From assembly GCA_020891255.1 (NCBI GenBank), contig BQFW01000012.1:310001-374000 (forward strand): 64,000 nt of DNA, given 5' to 3'. Under the pieces are notes generated by a model. That model ran no database searches, was not told the DNA's origin, and saw only the letters and a program-made list of their open reading frames with translations. The DNA is from Entomortierella parvispora E1425. Lineage: Eukaryota > Fungi > Mortierellomycota. Positions 23,265-34,400 of the stretch are shown one piece after another; position 1 is the first letter of the stretch; every line of letters begins with the position of its first letter. Both the position numbers and the translations under genes were made by a program.

Positions 23265-23520
23265 TCAAGCGACGAGCTCGGACTAGTCGGATGAAAAAAA
23301 AAGCAAAAGGGACATTGCTTAAGCGAATTATCTTCCTTTGTTTTGCATACCATTGTGTGAAGTAGAGGGTCCATGTCCCCCCAGAGTCCAGGAATCCATT
23401 CCCGTTACGAACAGTTTGATTGAGTTTTCCATGGATCGCCCTCATGAGCTGGTCCAGAGGTTTCCCCCAAGCGATTTCTTTCTTCCCAGTTGAAGCCACG
23501 GAGTCCGGACTGTCGGGCTT

Positions 23521-24090
23521 CAGTCCTAAATTCTTCTGCATTGCAGAGACTTTGTTTGGACTACCGGCAAAAACAAGTTACTAAAGGCAGCACAGTCCCT
23601 GCATAGATTGATCTTATCCAACTTACAAGTGACTGGTGATACTATTTGACTGCAAGAACCCGCATCACTGGACCATTCGAATCCAGTCGAGTACCATTTT
23701 CCACGCTTCCGCTATGGAGCTTGATTGATTGGTCTTGAGAGTGCAAATACTCCAGTAGTTGACACAACTGCATGTAATATTCTGTTATTGGCAACAAAGG
23801 TCCCAGAGTATCGACGCAAAGTCACTAGTAATTTGGTACTTGATGTAGAGACAGGGGAAGATATTAGCCTTCCTCTAAAGCACAGGTATGTATGATCTCT
23901 TCACCGGGATGTATCGTTCTTCTCTATTCTAGTGTGGTGAATGCTGAGTTTTGATTGCGGGTGGCACTACATGTGTTGGGGGATGGAATGCTACGCGTGT
24001 GGATGAACAGAAAGAAGCAACGCGACATGCGGCATGGAACGTTCTTTTCAGCAGTCACTGAAATTGTTTTTTTTTTTACGTATTTCTCGC
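23521..24090 (+). pseudogene. Possible decayed gene fragment with a 47-nt intron (23886-23932); family unknown
   Basis: One frame reads LLKAAQSLHRLILSNLQVTGD...ATKVPEYRRKVTSNLVLDVETGEDISLPLKHR|SVVNAEF*LRVALHVLG... with several stops and a frame-preserving GTATGT..TCTAG intron. Confidence 0.25.
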
Positions 24091-24274
24091 CACCAAGTGG
24101 CCATTGGTTGCACCATTATGTTTCTTTCCTCAAACCTGCATTCATCTTTTGTCCCATCTCATTTCATCTCAACTGCCTGCCGCCACTCGTCGACAACAAC
24201 ACCTCATTAATCCTGGCATTCTCAGCTTCCTTCTCAGTTCATTCGCCTGTGCACATTGACCCATCCACGCAACA

Positions 24275-25885
24275 ATGTCAATAGCATCCCAGCCTTCTAC
24301 ACATTCCCCCAAAAGACCAGAGCTCAAGGCAACAGCGTCTTTTATTCAAAAACGCGATCACTTTCCCCGGGTCTTCAAAGACCCACCGAACGCCGTTGAT
24401 CTGCTGGCCAGAGTATACCCAACTGGTAAAAGCTGCCTTCTACTTATGACCTCAAGTGTAACATTCGCTTGTTCCCTTCGAGGACTCATCGTTTTCTTTC
24501 TTCTGTTCATAGAATCGGAGCTTACAAAATTTCCCCATGTCGAGATCAACAACAGCGCCGTGGATTCCTTTCATCTCTTCCAATTTGGGCCATCCGGGAA
24601 GAATTGCGAACATATCTTTCGCGCTGTCGTCTTCCTTTGTCACTACCTCCGAGGACGAGCGCATCTACTTGATCCCGCATCTCACTTTTCAACGTCAAAA
24701 GATGGACAGGATTTCAAGGACCTGGCCACAGATTTAACAAAACTGGAACCGAGCCTCGTCGGTGTCTCTGCCTCGTCACTGGTAGCCCTCTATGAACGTA
24801 TTGTCCTCGAAAGGCGGAAACTGGACACTTTTCTGTCTCAGGCGGTTGGCGTGGAATGGACAGACACTCATCTGTCCAAGTTGGCGCGGGATCTGGTCCA
24901 ATTTGATAATGATATCAAAGCCCGCGACACTCAACGGAAATCGGCCACGGACAACTCAAAAGAAGCGCCACGGGAAGGGGGCAAATCTGCTCAGGACTCA
25001 GAGAAAGCTACGATCCTTGTGGCGTCAGGATTGGAAAGTCGATCATCGGCTCCAGAGTCAGCGATAGCGACGACTAATGCAGCAGTGGGATCGGAATCAT
25101 CAAGTTCAACGGTGGATCTGCAAACTAAAGAACAAAAGCTCGCTAGAAGAAACTCTAAGAACACAGAGCAAGGACAGTCCGCCTTACCTCTGAGCAATAC
25201 TGCTTCATATCCTGTTGGAGGAATCGTCATTACTAGTACGACGCTTCCCTCGGGTGCTGGTGTGGCACATCCATCACAACAGTCGCAAGCAGTGTCAACA
25301 TCAATACAGCAATCAGCACCAGTCCCAATACAGCCTGCTAAAGCGGGGCTCAGCTCACAACTAGAGTCACTAGGAGCTCAACCATATTCAAATCAGGGAT
25401 CTCAATCGCCTTCATATACCCACCACATGCCTACCTCGGTGCCGTCTCCAGTCAGCAGGAATAATGACAGGAAACGAGCAGCAGCAGTGTCAGTCGATAT
25501 TGAAATTGTCAAGTATCTTCGCGAGGAGATCTTTGGCATCATCCGGTCTGAAATTGAGAAGGTCAACCAACAGCACCATATTCTTCGGACCGAGATTGAG
25601 AATATCAACGCGCGTCATCTAAGGCTGGAGGAGGCCTTTGTACAAAGCCAAAAAGCACTTCGAGCGCGACTGGACCTTGATAATACAAACAAGACGTACC
25701 ACGATTACCAGTTGGCAGTCTTGGGTCGGGACCTTCGCAATACACTCGATAGGATCCAGGTTGTTGAATCGCGCGTCGGACTTCGGCCCCTACCAATCGA
25801 TCCTGTTAGTCCCCATGCCATGGCCACGCCTCACCCACCTGCTGCCCCACAACAGCAGAATAGAGAAGGGCCTCGCCAGCATTAA
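24275..25885 (+). CDS. Hypothetical protein (globular N-terminus, low-complexity linker, C-terminal coiled coil); probable intron 24426-24512
   Basis: Long ORF with an 87-nt GTAAAA..CATAG in-frame segment of intron-like composition; heptad-like IRSEIEKVNQQHHILRTEIENI. No family recognised. Confidence 0.65.
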   Translation: MSIASQPSTHSPKRPELKATASFIQKRDHFPRVFKDPPNAVDLLARVYPTGKSCLLLMTSSVTFACSLRGLIVFFLLFIESELTKFPHVEINNSAVDSFHLFQFGPSGKNCEHIFRAVVFLCHYLRGRAHLLDPASHFSTSKDGQDFKDLATDLTKLEPSLVGVSASSLVALYERIVLERRKLDTFLSQAVGVEWTDTHLSKLARDLVQFDNDIKARDTQRKSATDNSKEAPREGGKSAQDSEKATILVASGLESRSSAPESAIATTNAAVGSESSSSTVDLQTKEQKLARRNSKNTEQGQSALPLSNTASYPVGGIVITSTTLPSGAGVAHPSQQSQAVSTSIQQSAPVPIQPAKAGLSSQLESLGAQPYSNQGSQSPSYTHHMPTSVPSPVSRNNDRKRAAAVSVDIEIVKYLREEIFGIIRSEIEKVNQQHHILRTEIENINARHLRLEEAFVQSQKALRARLDLDNTNKTYHDYQLAVLGRDLRNTLDRIQVVESRVGLRPLPIDPVSPHAMATPHPPAAPQQQNREGPRQH

Positions 25886-26025
25886 AAAAAATAGCAACAC
25901 TAAAAGGTTTTTTTTCTATGTTGAACTGGGTGGCGGAACAGACTAGATTTGCTCTAATGAAATTGTCGCGGGTTGTCAGCAGCAGACATGCCACCATCCG
26001 GTACGGGCGTTTCGATCTCTACTGG

Positions 26026-27837
26026 CTATTCAAACCAGTCCTCCCCTTCTTCATCAAAAGAACCGTCATCGTCATCGTCATTGTCATCGTCATCATCATC
26101 ATCATCATCATCGCCATCGTCATCGTCATCGTCGTCGTCGTCGTCATCGCCATCATCATCATCATCATCATCATACTCATCATCATAAAATGGGTGTAGA
26201 TATTGGTCTCTCTCCTCAAAATTTTCATATCCGTCCTCCTCCGCCCAGTTTCCCTTCTTTTGGACGTCCTTAAAAGTGATGCCCCTCCGCTTCAACTCTC
26301 CATAGTACTCCCCCATATCGTCGTCGTCTACGGTCATGCTCAGCTCCTTAAGCTGGGAGAAAGCTGACAGCATCCATCGCCAATCAATAGCTTTCACTCG
26401 ATAACAGAATGATCTCATTCGGTATGGCTCTCTGAAATCCAATGTTTTCAGCTCTTGCATCGTCTCCAGTGACCCCATCCCAAGGCTTAACTGAAGCTGT
26501 ATACGCTCGTTGCGGTAGCCCGTAAAGAGTTCGTACCACGGAGATACCATTTTAGGTCGAAGGTCCAGATCCTGGACGTGCTTCAGAGTTGACAGCTGTT
26601 GAAAGACTTGTTGGTACGCATCCTTCTGATCCATGTAGATGGGCACGCCCCACTGTCGTAGATCTTGACAAAGCCAAGGTCGAGTCGTTACCTGGACAAT
26701 GTCCGAAGCCAGAATGCCGTCTGCCTGGACGGAAACAAGGCGTTCGCAAGAGCAGAGGCAATCGTTCAGCATGGCGCTGGTGAACGCACTGCATTCGTCA
26801 AAGCACAAATGAGTCAAGGTCCCTGAATGGATGGCCAAGAGTGCTCGGGCCGAATGAGCGCCGAATGTGGGACAGTGAATGCTGAAGACTTGAAGATTGA
26901 AGGAGAGACAACCTAAAGCTTTGCCCATGATTTGATCCCCCAATGGGTGGGCTGTCTCCACAAATTTCAATTTTTTTAGATGTGGCCAGAGTGGCGGCAC
27001 CTCAGTCTTGGAGATCTTCTTGATCAAGGATACCAACGAAGAAAGCAAGTTGTCAACGCCATCTTGATCCCATGTTAACTCTTCGAGATCTGGGGACTGG
27101 GTCAGAATGCGAACAAGTTGGTCAAGAGACTCCTGATCCAAACACATATTCCTCAGGTGAACCTTTCGGAGTCGTGTCGTTGATGCAGACTCCAGTTGTG
27201 AGGGCGTGCCGAAGATCCATCCATACATAAAGGTCAATTCCAGCAATTGAGAGCCACAGAGGGTCCAAAACGCAGTCGTTCTCTCGGCGCCTACTAAGGC
27301 CGCATCGAATATCTTTAGGTTCTGAAGAGTCGGAAGCTCCGGAAGAGTGTCAAGAGTGCTCGGTTGTTCTGCTTCTGGATTCCATTCGGCAGGAGGACCA
27401 CATCCCAAATCTAACATCTTCAATGTTGCGCTGTGCTTGCGAATGAGAGCCCTTGAAGACCCCTCCATCCATGTTAAACCTTCGAACTCAAGACTGGTCA
27501 GGTGGGGGAACTGGATTTTCAAAAGTCGCCGCCAGGGCGCCGACAGCAGACGCAGTGATTGAACAAAGCGAGCATTGGCTAAAAGTGAGCCGGAGGGATA
27601 ACTGAAGGGATTCAAAAGGGTGATTTCGGCCCACAGTCTTGGAGCAAAAACCCAGTAGAAGGACCACGAGACTTGGAGACAGGATGCAAGAGCACTGGTT
27701 CTGCCTTTGCCACTCGAGTTATGGATATGAGAGGCGACCATATTCAGGATCTCTGGGACATGGAGAGGATTTCTACCGTCTCTACAAACGCTCTGTGATC
27801 GAGGGACTACAGTGGTTACGGGTATGGAATCAGGCAT
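26026..27837 (-). CDS. F-box/LRR protein related to the tandem array, with a poly-Asp C-terminal tail (about 603 aa)
   Basis: NPLHVPEILNMVASHI...CLQVSWSFY F-box-like motif; WPHLKKLKF / LNDCLCSC / WLCQDLRQW blocks homologous to the array copies. Confidence 0.85.
   Translation of the reverse strand: MPDSIPVTTVVPRSQSVCRDGRNPLHVPEILNMVASHIHNSSGKGRTSALASCLQVSWSFYWVFAPRLWAEITLLNPFSYPSGSLLANARFVQSLRLLSAPWRRLLKIQFPHLTSLEFEGLTWMEGSSRALIRKHSATLKMLDLGCGPPAEWNPEAEQPSTLDTLPELPTLQNLKIFDAALVGAERTTAFWTLCGSQLLELTFMYGWIFGTPSQLESASTTRLRKVHLRNMCLDQESLDQLVRILTQSPDLEELTWDQDGVDNLLSSLVSLIKKISKTEVPPLWPHLKKLKFVETAHPLGDQIMGKALGCLSFNLQVFSIHCPTFGAHSARALLAIHSGTLTHLCFDECSAFTSAMLNDCLCSCERLVSVQADGILASDIVQVTTRPWLCQDLRQWGVPIYMDQKDAYQQVFQQLSTLKHVQDLDLRPKMVSPWYELFTGYRNERIQLQLSLGMGSLETMQELKTLDFREPYRMRSFCYRVKAIDWRWMLSAFSQLKELSMTVDDDDMGEYYGELKRRGITFKDVQKKGNWAEEDGYENFEERDQYLHPFYDDEYDDDDDDDGDDDDDDDDDDDGDDDDDDDDDDNDDDDDGSFDEEGEDWFE
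26066..26180 (-). repeat. GAT/GAC trinucleotide repeat encoding the poly-Asp tract
   Basis: (TCA/TCG)n on the plus strand; translates DDDDDDGDDDDDDDDDDGDDDDDDDDDDNDDDDD. Confidence 0.9.
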
Positions 27838-28348
27838 GATGAGGTGGATGATTGTGGAAGGTAGCGGCAGTTCGGAGGGAGAAAGGGAAGGAGGGTTGGA
27901 GATGGAAAGAGAGAGGAAAAGAAAGGGCGCAGGAGAGACTGTCAAAGAAAATGAGTATGAAGCGTGGTCACAAGGCTCTCGCGGCCTCTGTCCCAAAGTC
28001 AATCAACACACCCGCCTTGGATCAGAGAGAGCCCATTCGAACGCCAAAACATGACGCTTGTGGACAATGGCATGGTTTATTGAAAGCCATGATCTACGCG
28101 GAAAACACAATCCAAGTCGCGTTGACGCAGTAGGATGGCCCGCTGGGTAAAGGCGGCTGTTGGCAATGTCTTCAGTCAACTACGTACATCTCGTTTGCAA
28201 AGATGTGAAGGGGCATGTCCATGAGGCGAGTGTCCCAAGTTCACGAGCGATTATCCCAGCTGTTGCTTGTTGCTGGGCGATGAAAACATCCGTGCAGTCT
28301 CTCTCTGTGACTGGCATTGGTCACTGAGGTGCACTCTAGACTCAGGTG

Positions 28349-28384
<36 letters not shown>

Positions 28385-28587
28385 GACTGACGATGGACAG
28401 CTGGTTTAGGTGGAGCTCTCAGATGATGGCATGTCCGACCAAGGTATTGCTGGTATTTGGATTGGGATTCTTCTGGACAAACTCTTTTGGCGCGCAATAA
28501 ATAGGACCTCGCAGTAGAACTAGCACTCTGCTTTGGTATTTTCGTTTATTTTTTTTTGAGACGAGGTCCAAGAGCAACAAACATCCC

Positions 28588-31444
28588 TCAAAAGAAGAAA
28601 AACATGGGTCCACTTTGTTCATTCTCCTGCTTCTGCTGTTGAGGTTGCAAAGACTGGTTCTGATACGACTGGTAGCCATACCCGTATGTCTGCTGCTGTT
28701 GCTGCTGTTGATGTTGAAGCTGCCGCTGTTGTTGCTGCTGCCGTGAAGCGGGTGGTGGTGCGGATCCCTTCTTCTTCTTTTTGTCTGGGACAAACCCATT
28801 GACGTTGTCCACGCAGCCATCCCTCGCCTTCTTGGACCCACCTGATCGTGTCATCGACTCTTTGTGCGACGCGTCCGTGTCGGCCGTGAGACCGTTTGAG
28901 GAAGCATGACCCCATCCGCCCTTTCCAAACGTCGATCCTGAGAAGCCAGATTCACTCATCAATGGCGCATTTGACCTTGACGAATGATCCTCCTCTTCCT
29001 CCTCGCCTATCACACTGTAACCCCCATGGTATCTCTGTCCTGATTCGAGATCGCCTCCTCCTCCTGGCAGCAAGAGCGAAGATTCCTCATATTGTTGCCG
29101 CCGTGCCTTCCTCTTGTTCTTGCGCTCCATTTTTCTCCGATCAGACTCCTTGGACCGTTTGGGGTCATAGACATCAATGGCGGGGAAATTATAATCGCCA
29201 AACTCCAACTGTTTGCTGGCATCGTACAACTCTTCCATGCCATCATCATCCTGTTCGTCCACATCCGCAAAGAAGAGACTTGGTGCCCGTTCGTTATAAC
29301 TGCTGCTCATCTGCTGACTGTACGAATTCGGGTTCCGGGCATAGTCTGGTCGTCCTGACCCCAGACTAGAGGAGGCGGGGATACCATTGGAGGAGGAAGG
29401 AAGGAGACTCTGGGTGCTGTCGGATAGACCCTCTCGACCAATTTTGTTGGCATCCGGCAACCAATACTTGGCCGTACCACCTCCAGTGTAACGCAATCCT
29501 GCCATGATACGACCCGATCGACTCATTCCCACGGTGGCGACACCCTCCGAGGGTTCAAAGGTTCTGTACGTGAATCGAGTGCCCCTGAGTGTCTCCAGTG
29601 AATCCTGGATGATGTCTTTGATACCACTGGCGTCTCGAACTGCATAGTAAATGGGCATCCTGGCAGAGTGAATGTCCAGTTCGGTGTAATCCTTGTGAGA
29701 GAATGCATACCTGAAATGAACCACAAGAGTACAGAAAAAGATGGATCAGACGTTCGCCACAGTAATGTCAGCCCAACCTGCAAGGCACATGAAAATTTGG
29801 AAATCGTGGATCAAAATGGTTCTTCACTTACCAGTGTCCGACAGAGGCAAAGACCATCTCGAAACAAATTAAAAAGTCCTGGATCGCCACTGCCGTTTCC
29901 GCCGAGGCTGTGAAGCACATCAAAAAAGGGAAAGAGACGGTGTCAATAAAACTTTCCAAGACCTTGGGAATGTTGTGATTTGTTTTTTTCCCGCAACCAT
30001 CAAAAATGTTGGCAACCAAAAGGAACGAAGGAGGGGTGGAGGCAGGGACAGGGGTAGGGGTAACTTACTGTTCTGCATGATGCCTGTCGCGACTAGAACT
30101 GAAATCGCAAATCCTTGCCAAAATGAAAAGAAAATGACGGCCTTGATACAAAGAAACTTTGGAATAGGTCTGTTGCAGGGCAAAAAAAAAAATTCATGCA
30201 TGCAAAGTAGAAACACAAAAAGAGTTAGTAAGACCCAATTTGCAAAGGCATTGCCGCTGCTGTTGTTTTTGCATGATTGAACACAGCAGATTGTGCCACA
30301 GGCACGCAACCGCCAAATGAACGATTGAAATGTTTTAGTCCCTCTCTTACCTGAACTCCTCCAGATCATCCTGGGTCGCCATGAAGAACATGCCAAGACA
30401 GTATAAACTCAGACACACGCTCAAGTTGTACACAAACGAGACCCAAAAGTATCCAGAGGTCAAGGACACGGATCCATCGTTGTATGCCCCGTTGGATTTC
30501 AAAAGCATGGTCACAGCAGCCAAGATAGGCTTCACATAGACGTATTGAAGAATGCCTCGTTTGATGAATAGAAACGTATAAGGATCGCCCACCTAGAGTT
30601 TCACAGATAAACAAGGATCAGACGATGAGATGCATGCTCGGATGTTCGGCAATTCCTTGAGCCCGCTGATGTTATCAAGCATGGGGACAATTTGCGATTG
30701 TTTGGTTTCCTCGGCAGCTCTTTGTGCTTACATCCATTTCCTTGGACCACATGCTGACAGGCCAAAGATGCTTTGTATAAGGTCGTCCATGAAGCATCAC
30801 CAACAGTGATCGTTCGCCTCCCAGGTAACAGACCAAAAGACTGAAAAAGCAGTAAATGACAAATGCCTATTTCCGCGAAAACAAAAATGAGTACAAGTTC
30901 CCCTGTTGTGATTTTCAAACCATCAGACCTGGCATCGCCTGACATGCCAAGGAGAGAACATACCTCATAGATGTCCCTGAAGGCGTCAATGTAAAAGGCT
31001 GCGTTCAGCGACACCAAGGAGACCCAAGAAGACAACGCAAAGATAGGCACCCTGATGGATCAGAAACAAAAAAGAAAAAAGAGGGACGGTGAGTTTGGGC
31101 TCTCATGAGGGTCCTGCACTTGCTCTGCTGTTTGAGAAGAAAAGCACCACACTTACATCCACAGGATCCTGACGACAAAGCGTTGTAGCAGCTGTAGAAA
31201 ATGGGGAATGAACAGAAAGAAAAAAAGGGATCGCGTGAGTTCATGATTGTGGCGTGACACAGCACAGAGAATTGTTCAGCGACGAACGACATACGGGCTT
31301 GCGGTAGTTCTTGAGCTGCATCCAGATGGCGACCAGCGAAATCATGGTGGCACTTATCGCACAGAATCCGGCAGTCCAGACAGCGGTCGATGACAACTCG
31401 GCGCCCGACCCGGAGTCCTCGCCGGGCGCAGTACTTGGATCCAT
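28588..31444 (-). CDS. TMEM184: TMEM184/OST-alpha (Solute_trans_a) family membrane protein, multi-exon, with a long disordered C-terminus
   Basis: Spliced product contains QLKNYRKP-LLQRFVVRILWMVPIFALSSW...RDIYEAFVIYCFF.LL..YLGGE...KRGILQYVYVKP...PIPKFLCIKAVIFFSFWQG...IQDFLICFEM...H.YAFS, all family signatures. The extreme 3' end is uncertain. Confidence 0.92.
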
Positions 31445-34400
31445 GGAGGTCGGGGTCGTTTACTTGTGGTCGTTAGAAGAAAGGGACAGGGCGAAGCGCG
31501 ATACCTTGCTTTCTTGTCCTTGCTTTCTTGTCCTGGGAGGTTATTTGTTTTGGTCGAAGTGAACGGACTGGTGAAATGAGAAAAGGAGGAAGGAGAGTGG
31601 AAGGGTCGAGGAGCAGTTGAGGGGAACAAGTCGTTATGGTAGTGAGCAAACGTCGCTCAAGGAAATGGAATTAAAGAATGAATGAAAGAGAGTCGATCTA
31701 CTGACTGAATGAGGGATCGGAATGTGGATGGAGGTGTTTTAGACAACGGTGCAGCAACGACTTGTGGTGGTGCTGGGTGGGAGATGAAAAGAGAGAAAGA
31801 AAAAAAAAAAAAGAGATAGAAGGAGATAGACAAAGAGAAGGGAATGAATGTCAAGAGGACAGATGAATGAGGTGACGGAACAATGGGAGCAAAAACGAGT
31901 GCAGAAGAGGAAAGGAAAAGGGCTTGTTTGTGTGTTGGAGGGGCTCGTTCAGTCGTCTTTGTCTCCCGGAGCTGTTGTTGGCTGTCGCGAAGACTGTTGG
32001 CTATGGTTGGTCCCTTTCGCAATTAGCAAAGAGACAAAGCAAGGCAAGGCAAGGCAAAGAAGGAATGGACAAAGAAAAAGACAAGTGCAGAGGAGTGGGA
32101 CGGGTGAAACGCCAAGGGGACAACAGCTGCTTGGCTGTCTACCTAGCTAGGAACGGAGAAAGAGAGAGAGAATGAGAGCGAGGGGGACCGAAGGAAGGGC
32201 AATGGTGTAAAGTACAGTACAGCACAGGACGAGCACAGTTGCAAACAAAAACGCAAAAAGAAAGGAGGAGAGGAAGGACAAACTGACAACAAACCCAATG
32301 ACCAAAGGGAAAAAGAAACGGTGATCTGCATCTTGCATGCATCCCCACTTTGGACATCTTTTTGTTCCCCTTTCTACTTTGGCATTCGCCCGCTCCCATC
32401 GCGTGACTTTGTCAGCGCATGCGACTTGCTTGCCTTCCCGCACGTGCCGGATATGGGCATTGCGCGCTCCCATTGGTCATGCCAGCACGCGTCCTTGTGT
32501 CCGCCCGCCTTCTCTCCTCGTTGCTTCCACAATCCACACAATCCACACACGGGTGAAGAGAAACAAAAACATTCATGCACGCACTGTGCCCTGCCCTGCC
32601 TTGCCCTGCCCTGCCCCGCCCTAAATTATTGAATTCATTTCGCCACACTTACCTTCTCTGCTTTTCACTTTTCTCATTCGGGTGAAAACTACCGCGCAGT
32701 TGCGCCTCGTCTTGGGTCCTTGCGCGCACGAATCACCATAGAAAAAACGTGTCCCCCTTCTTTTGTGGGATGCTGAACATTGGGATTGGAGAAACTGGGG
32801 AGGAAGATTTGAATCGATCGCTTCCTAAAAGACAGCTGCCAGTGTTGAAAAATAGCTGCCCAAAAAGCGGCATGGTCATTCAGATTCAATGATGGCCCAT
32901 CCTCGTCCATTGAACAAGAACAAAGAAAGCCCCTACTTCCCACGATCTTTTATCTCTTCGTCTATCCACCCATTATTATTGTGGTTTCTCGCATGGTCTA
33001 CGGCGCTCAACCCTTTCAAAGAAGAAAAAAAATCACGCTTTGCCACACAATGCATGTCAGTGGACGGATTAAAAATTTCGTTCCCCCCCAGTGTCCCTCC
33101 CTCCCCACCCCCCTTTCAGCAGTGAATTCCTCCCCCGTCTACATATCTACATTTTTTTTCATCACGTCCACGTAAAACATCGTTCCAAAATGCAAAAAGA
33201 AGAACATTGGCTCACACTGGGCAGGATAGATATTCGAGACCAAAAAAAAAGCTGTTGTTGACTTGTCCTCTTTTTATTTAGCCTTTGGGTGGTCCCTGCC
33301 CCATCCGTGGTCTGGATCGCTTTCCAAAAAAAAAAAAAAAAAAAAAAAAAAAAGACCTTCCAAAAGGCCTCCCTCTAACAAAAAAATTCTCGGTCTTATT
33401 TTCTTGCGGTGCAGATTGGATCTTCCATCCCTGAAAATCAACGCAAAGGCAACAAAGAGAAATAAAATAAAAAAAAAAACGCGTGCGTGCCCACGGTGCG
33501 TCCCTCACCGTGGACGTTCTCTCCCTCTCTCCCTATCATTCTCTCTCCCGTTTGCGACGTTCTCCCTGGTCTGGCTGTCGTTAACATCGTTGATGCTTTT
33601 TAGGAGAAAAAAAAACTTCATAAAGTCAGGAAATACGAAAAAAGGGAGAGGATCAAAAAATCTTAAAAGTTCCAATCAAGACGAAAAGTTGGACGGACGT
33701 ACAACGCATGAAGATTTTGACAAAGGATATCTTTTTTGTTGCTCGTGTTGAATGTCTCCAGCGGACTGCGAGCTGAAAAATTGTACATGTACATGACGCT
33801 TGCACAAACAAAGAGAGGGAAAAATTGAGGGTTCAAGGTTTGCCCCTTTGTGGCACCGAAGCACGAGGGAGAATCGCATAGTACAGTACATGTAATTTTT
33901 TTTCTGTGGCCAACTGGGCCAGGAGGTGTGGCCCAAAAAAGGGGGGAAGCTGCTGGGAGGGGCGGAGAGGGGCGGCCCAAGAGGGAGAGTCAGTGAGAGG
34001 AGAGTGTCTATCACAACAGGGAAGAGGGGAAGAGGGGCAAGGTGCGGTTGGTGGGGTTGGTGGGAGAGCAGCAGGGAGCGGTGATTGTAGGTGGCACCAA
34101 AATGAGCGTCGAGTAGGGGGGGCACGAGGGCCACGGGAGTGGGTGAAGGATCGATTGAACACTGGAGGTGAAAGTAAGGACCATGCCATGGACCCAGGCA
34201 GTAAGCGGATTGTTCGATCACGAGGGAGGGACCATATTCTGAAGCAGCCAGACAATCGAACAGTCGTGGCCTGTGTTGGTTTTGCCCCTTGCAACCAACA
34301 ACAACGAAAAAAAAAAAAAAAAAAAAAAAGTCAAAGGGAGAGGCGAAATGCAAAGGACAGGGATTCTCCATGCATTCCACTTGCCCAAAAGCGGCAACAT

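Noticed and set aside
23666-23690. TTCGAATCC resembling a tRNA T-loop
   Set aside because: It lacks the GG-TTC consensus and a compatible T-stem, acceptor stem or D-arm; it is only a 6-bp hairpin (ACTGGA/TCCAGT).
25973-26228. Poly-Ser, poly-Ile and poly-Met ORFs
   Set aside because: Alternative frames of the poly-Asp trinucleotide repeat in the F-box gene.
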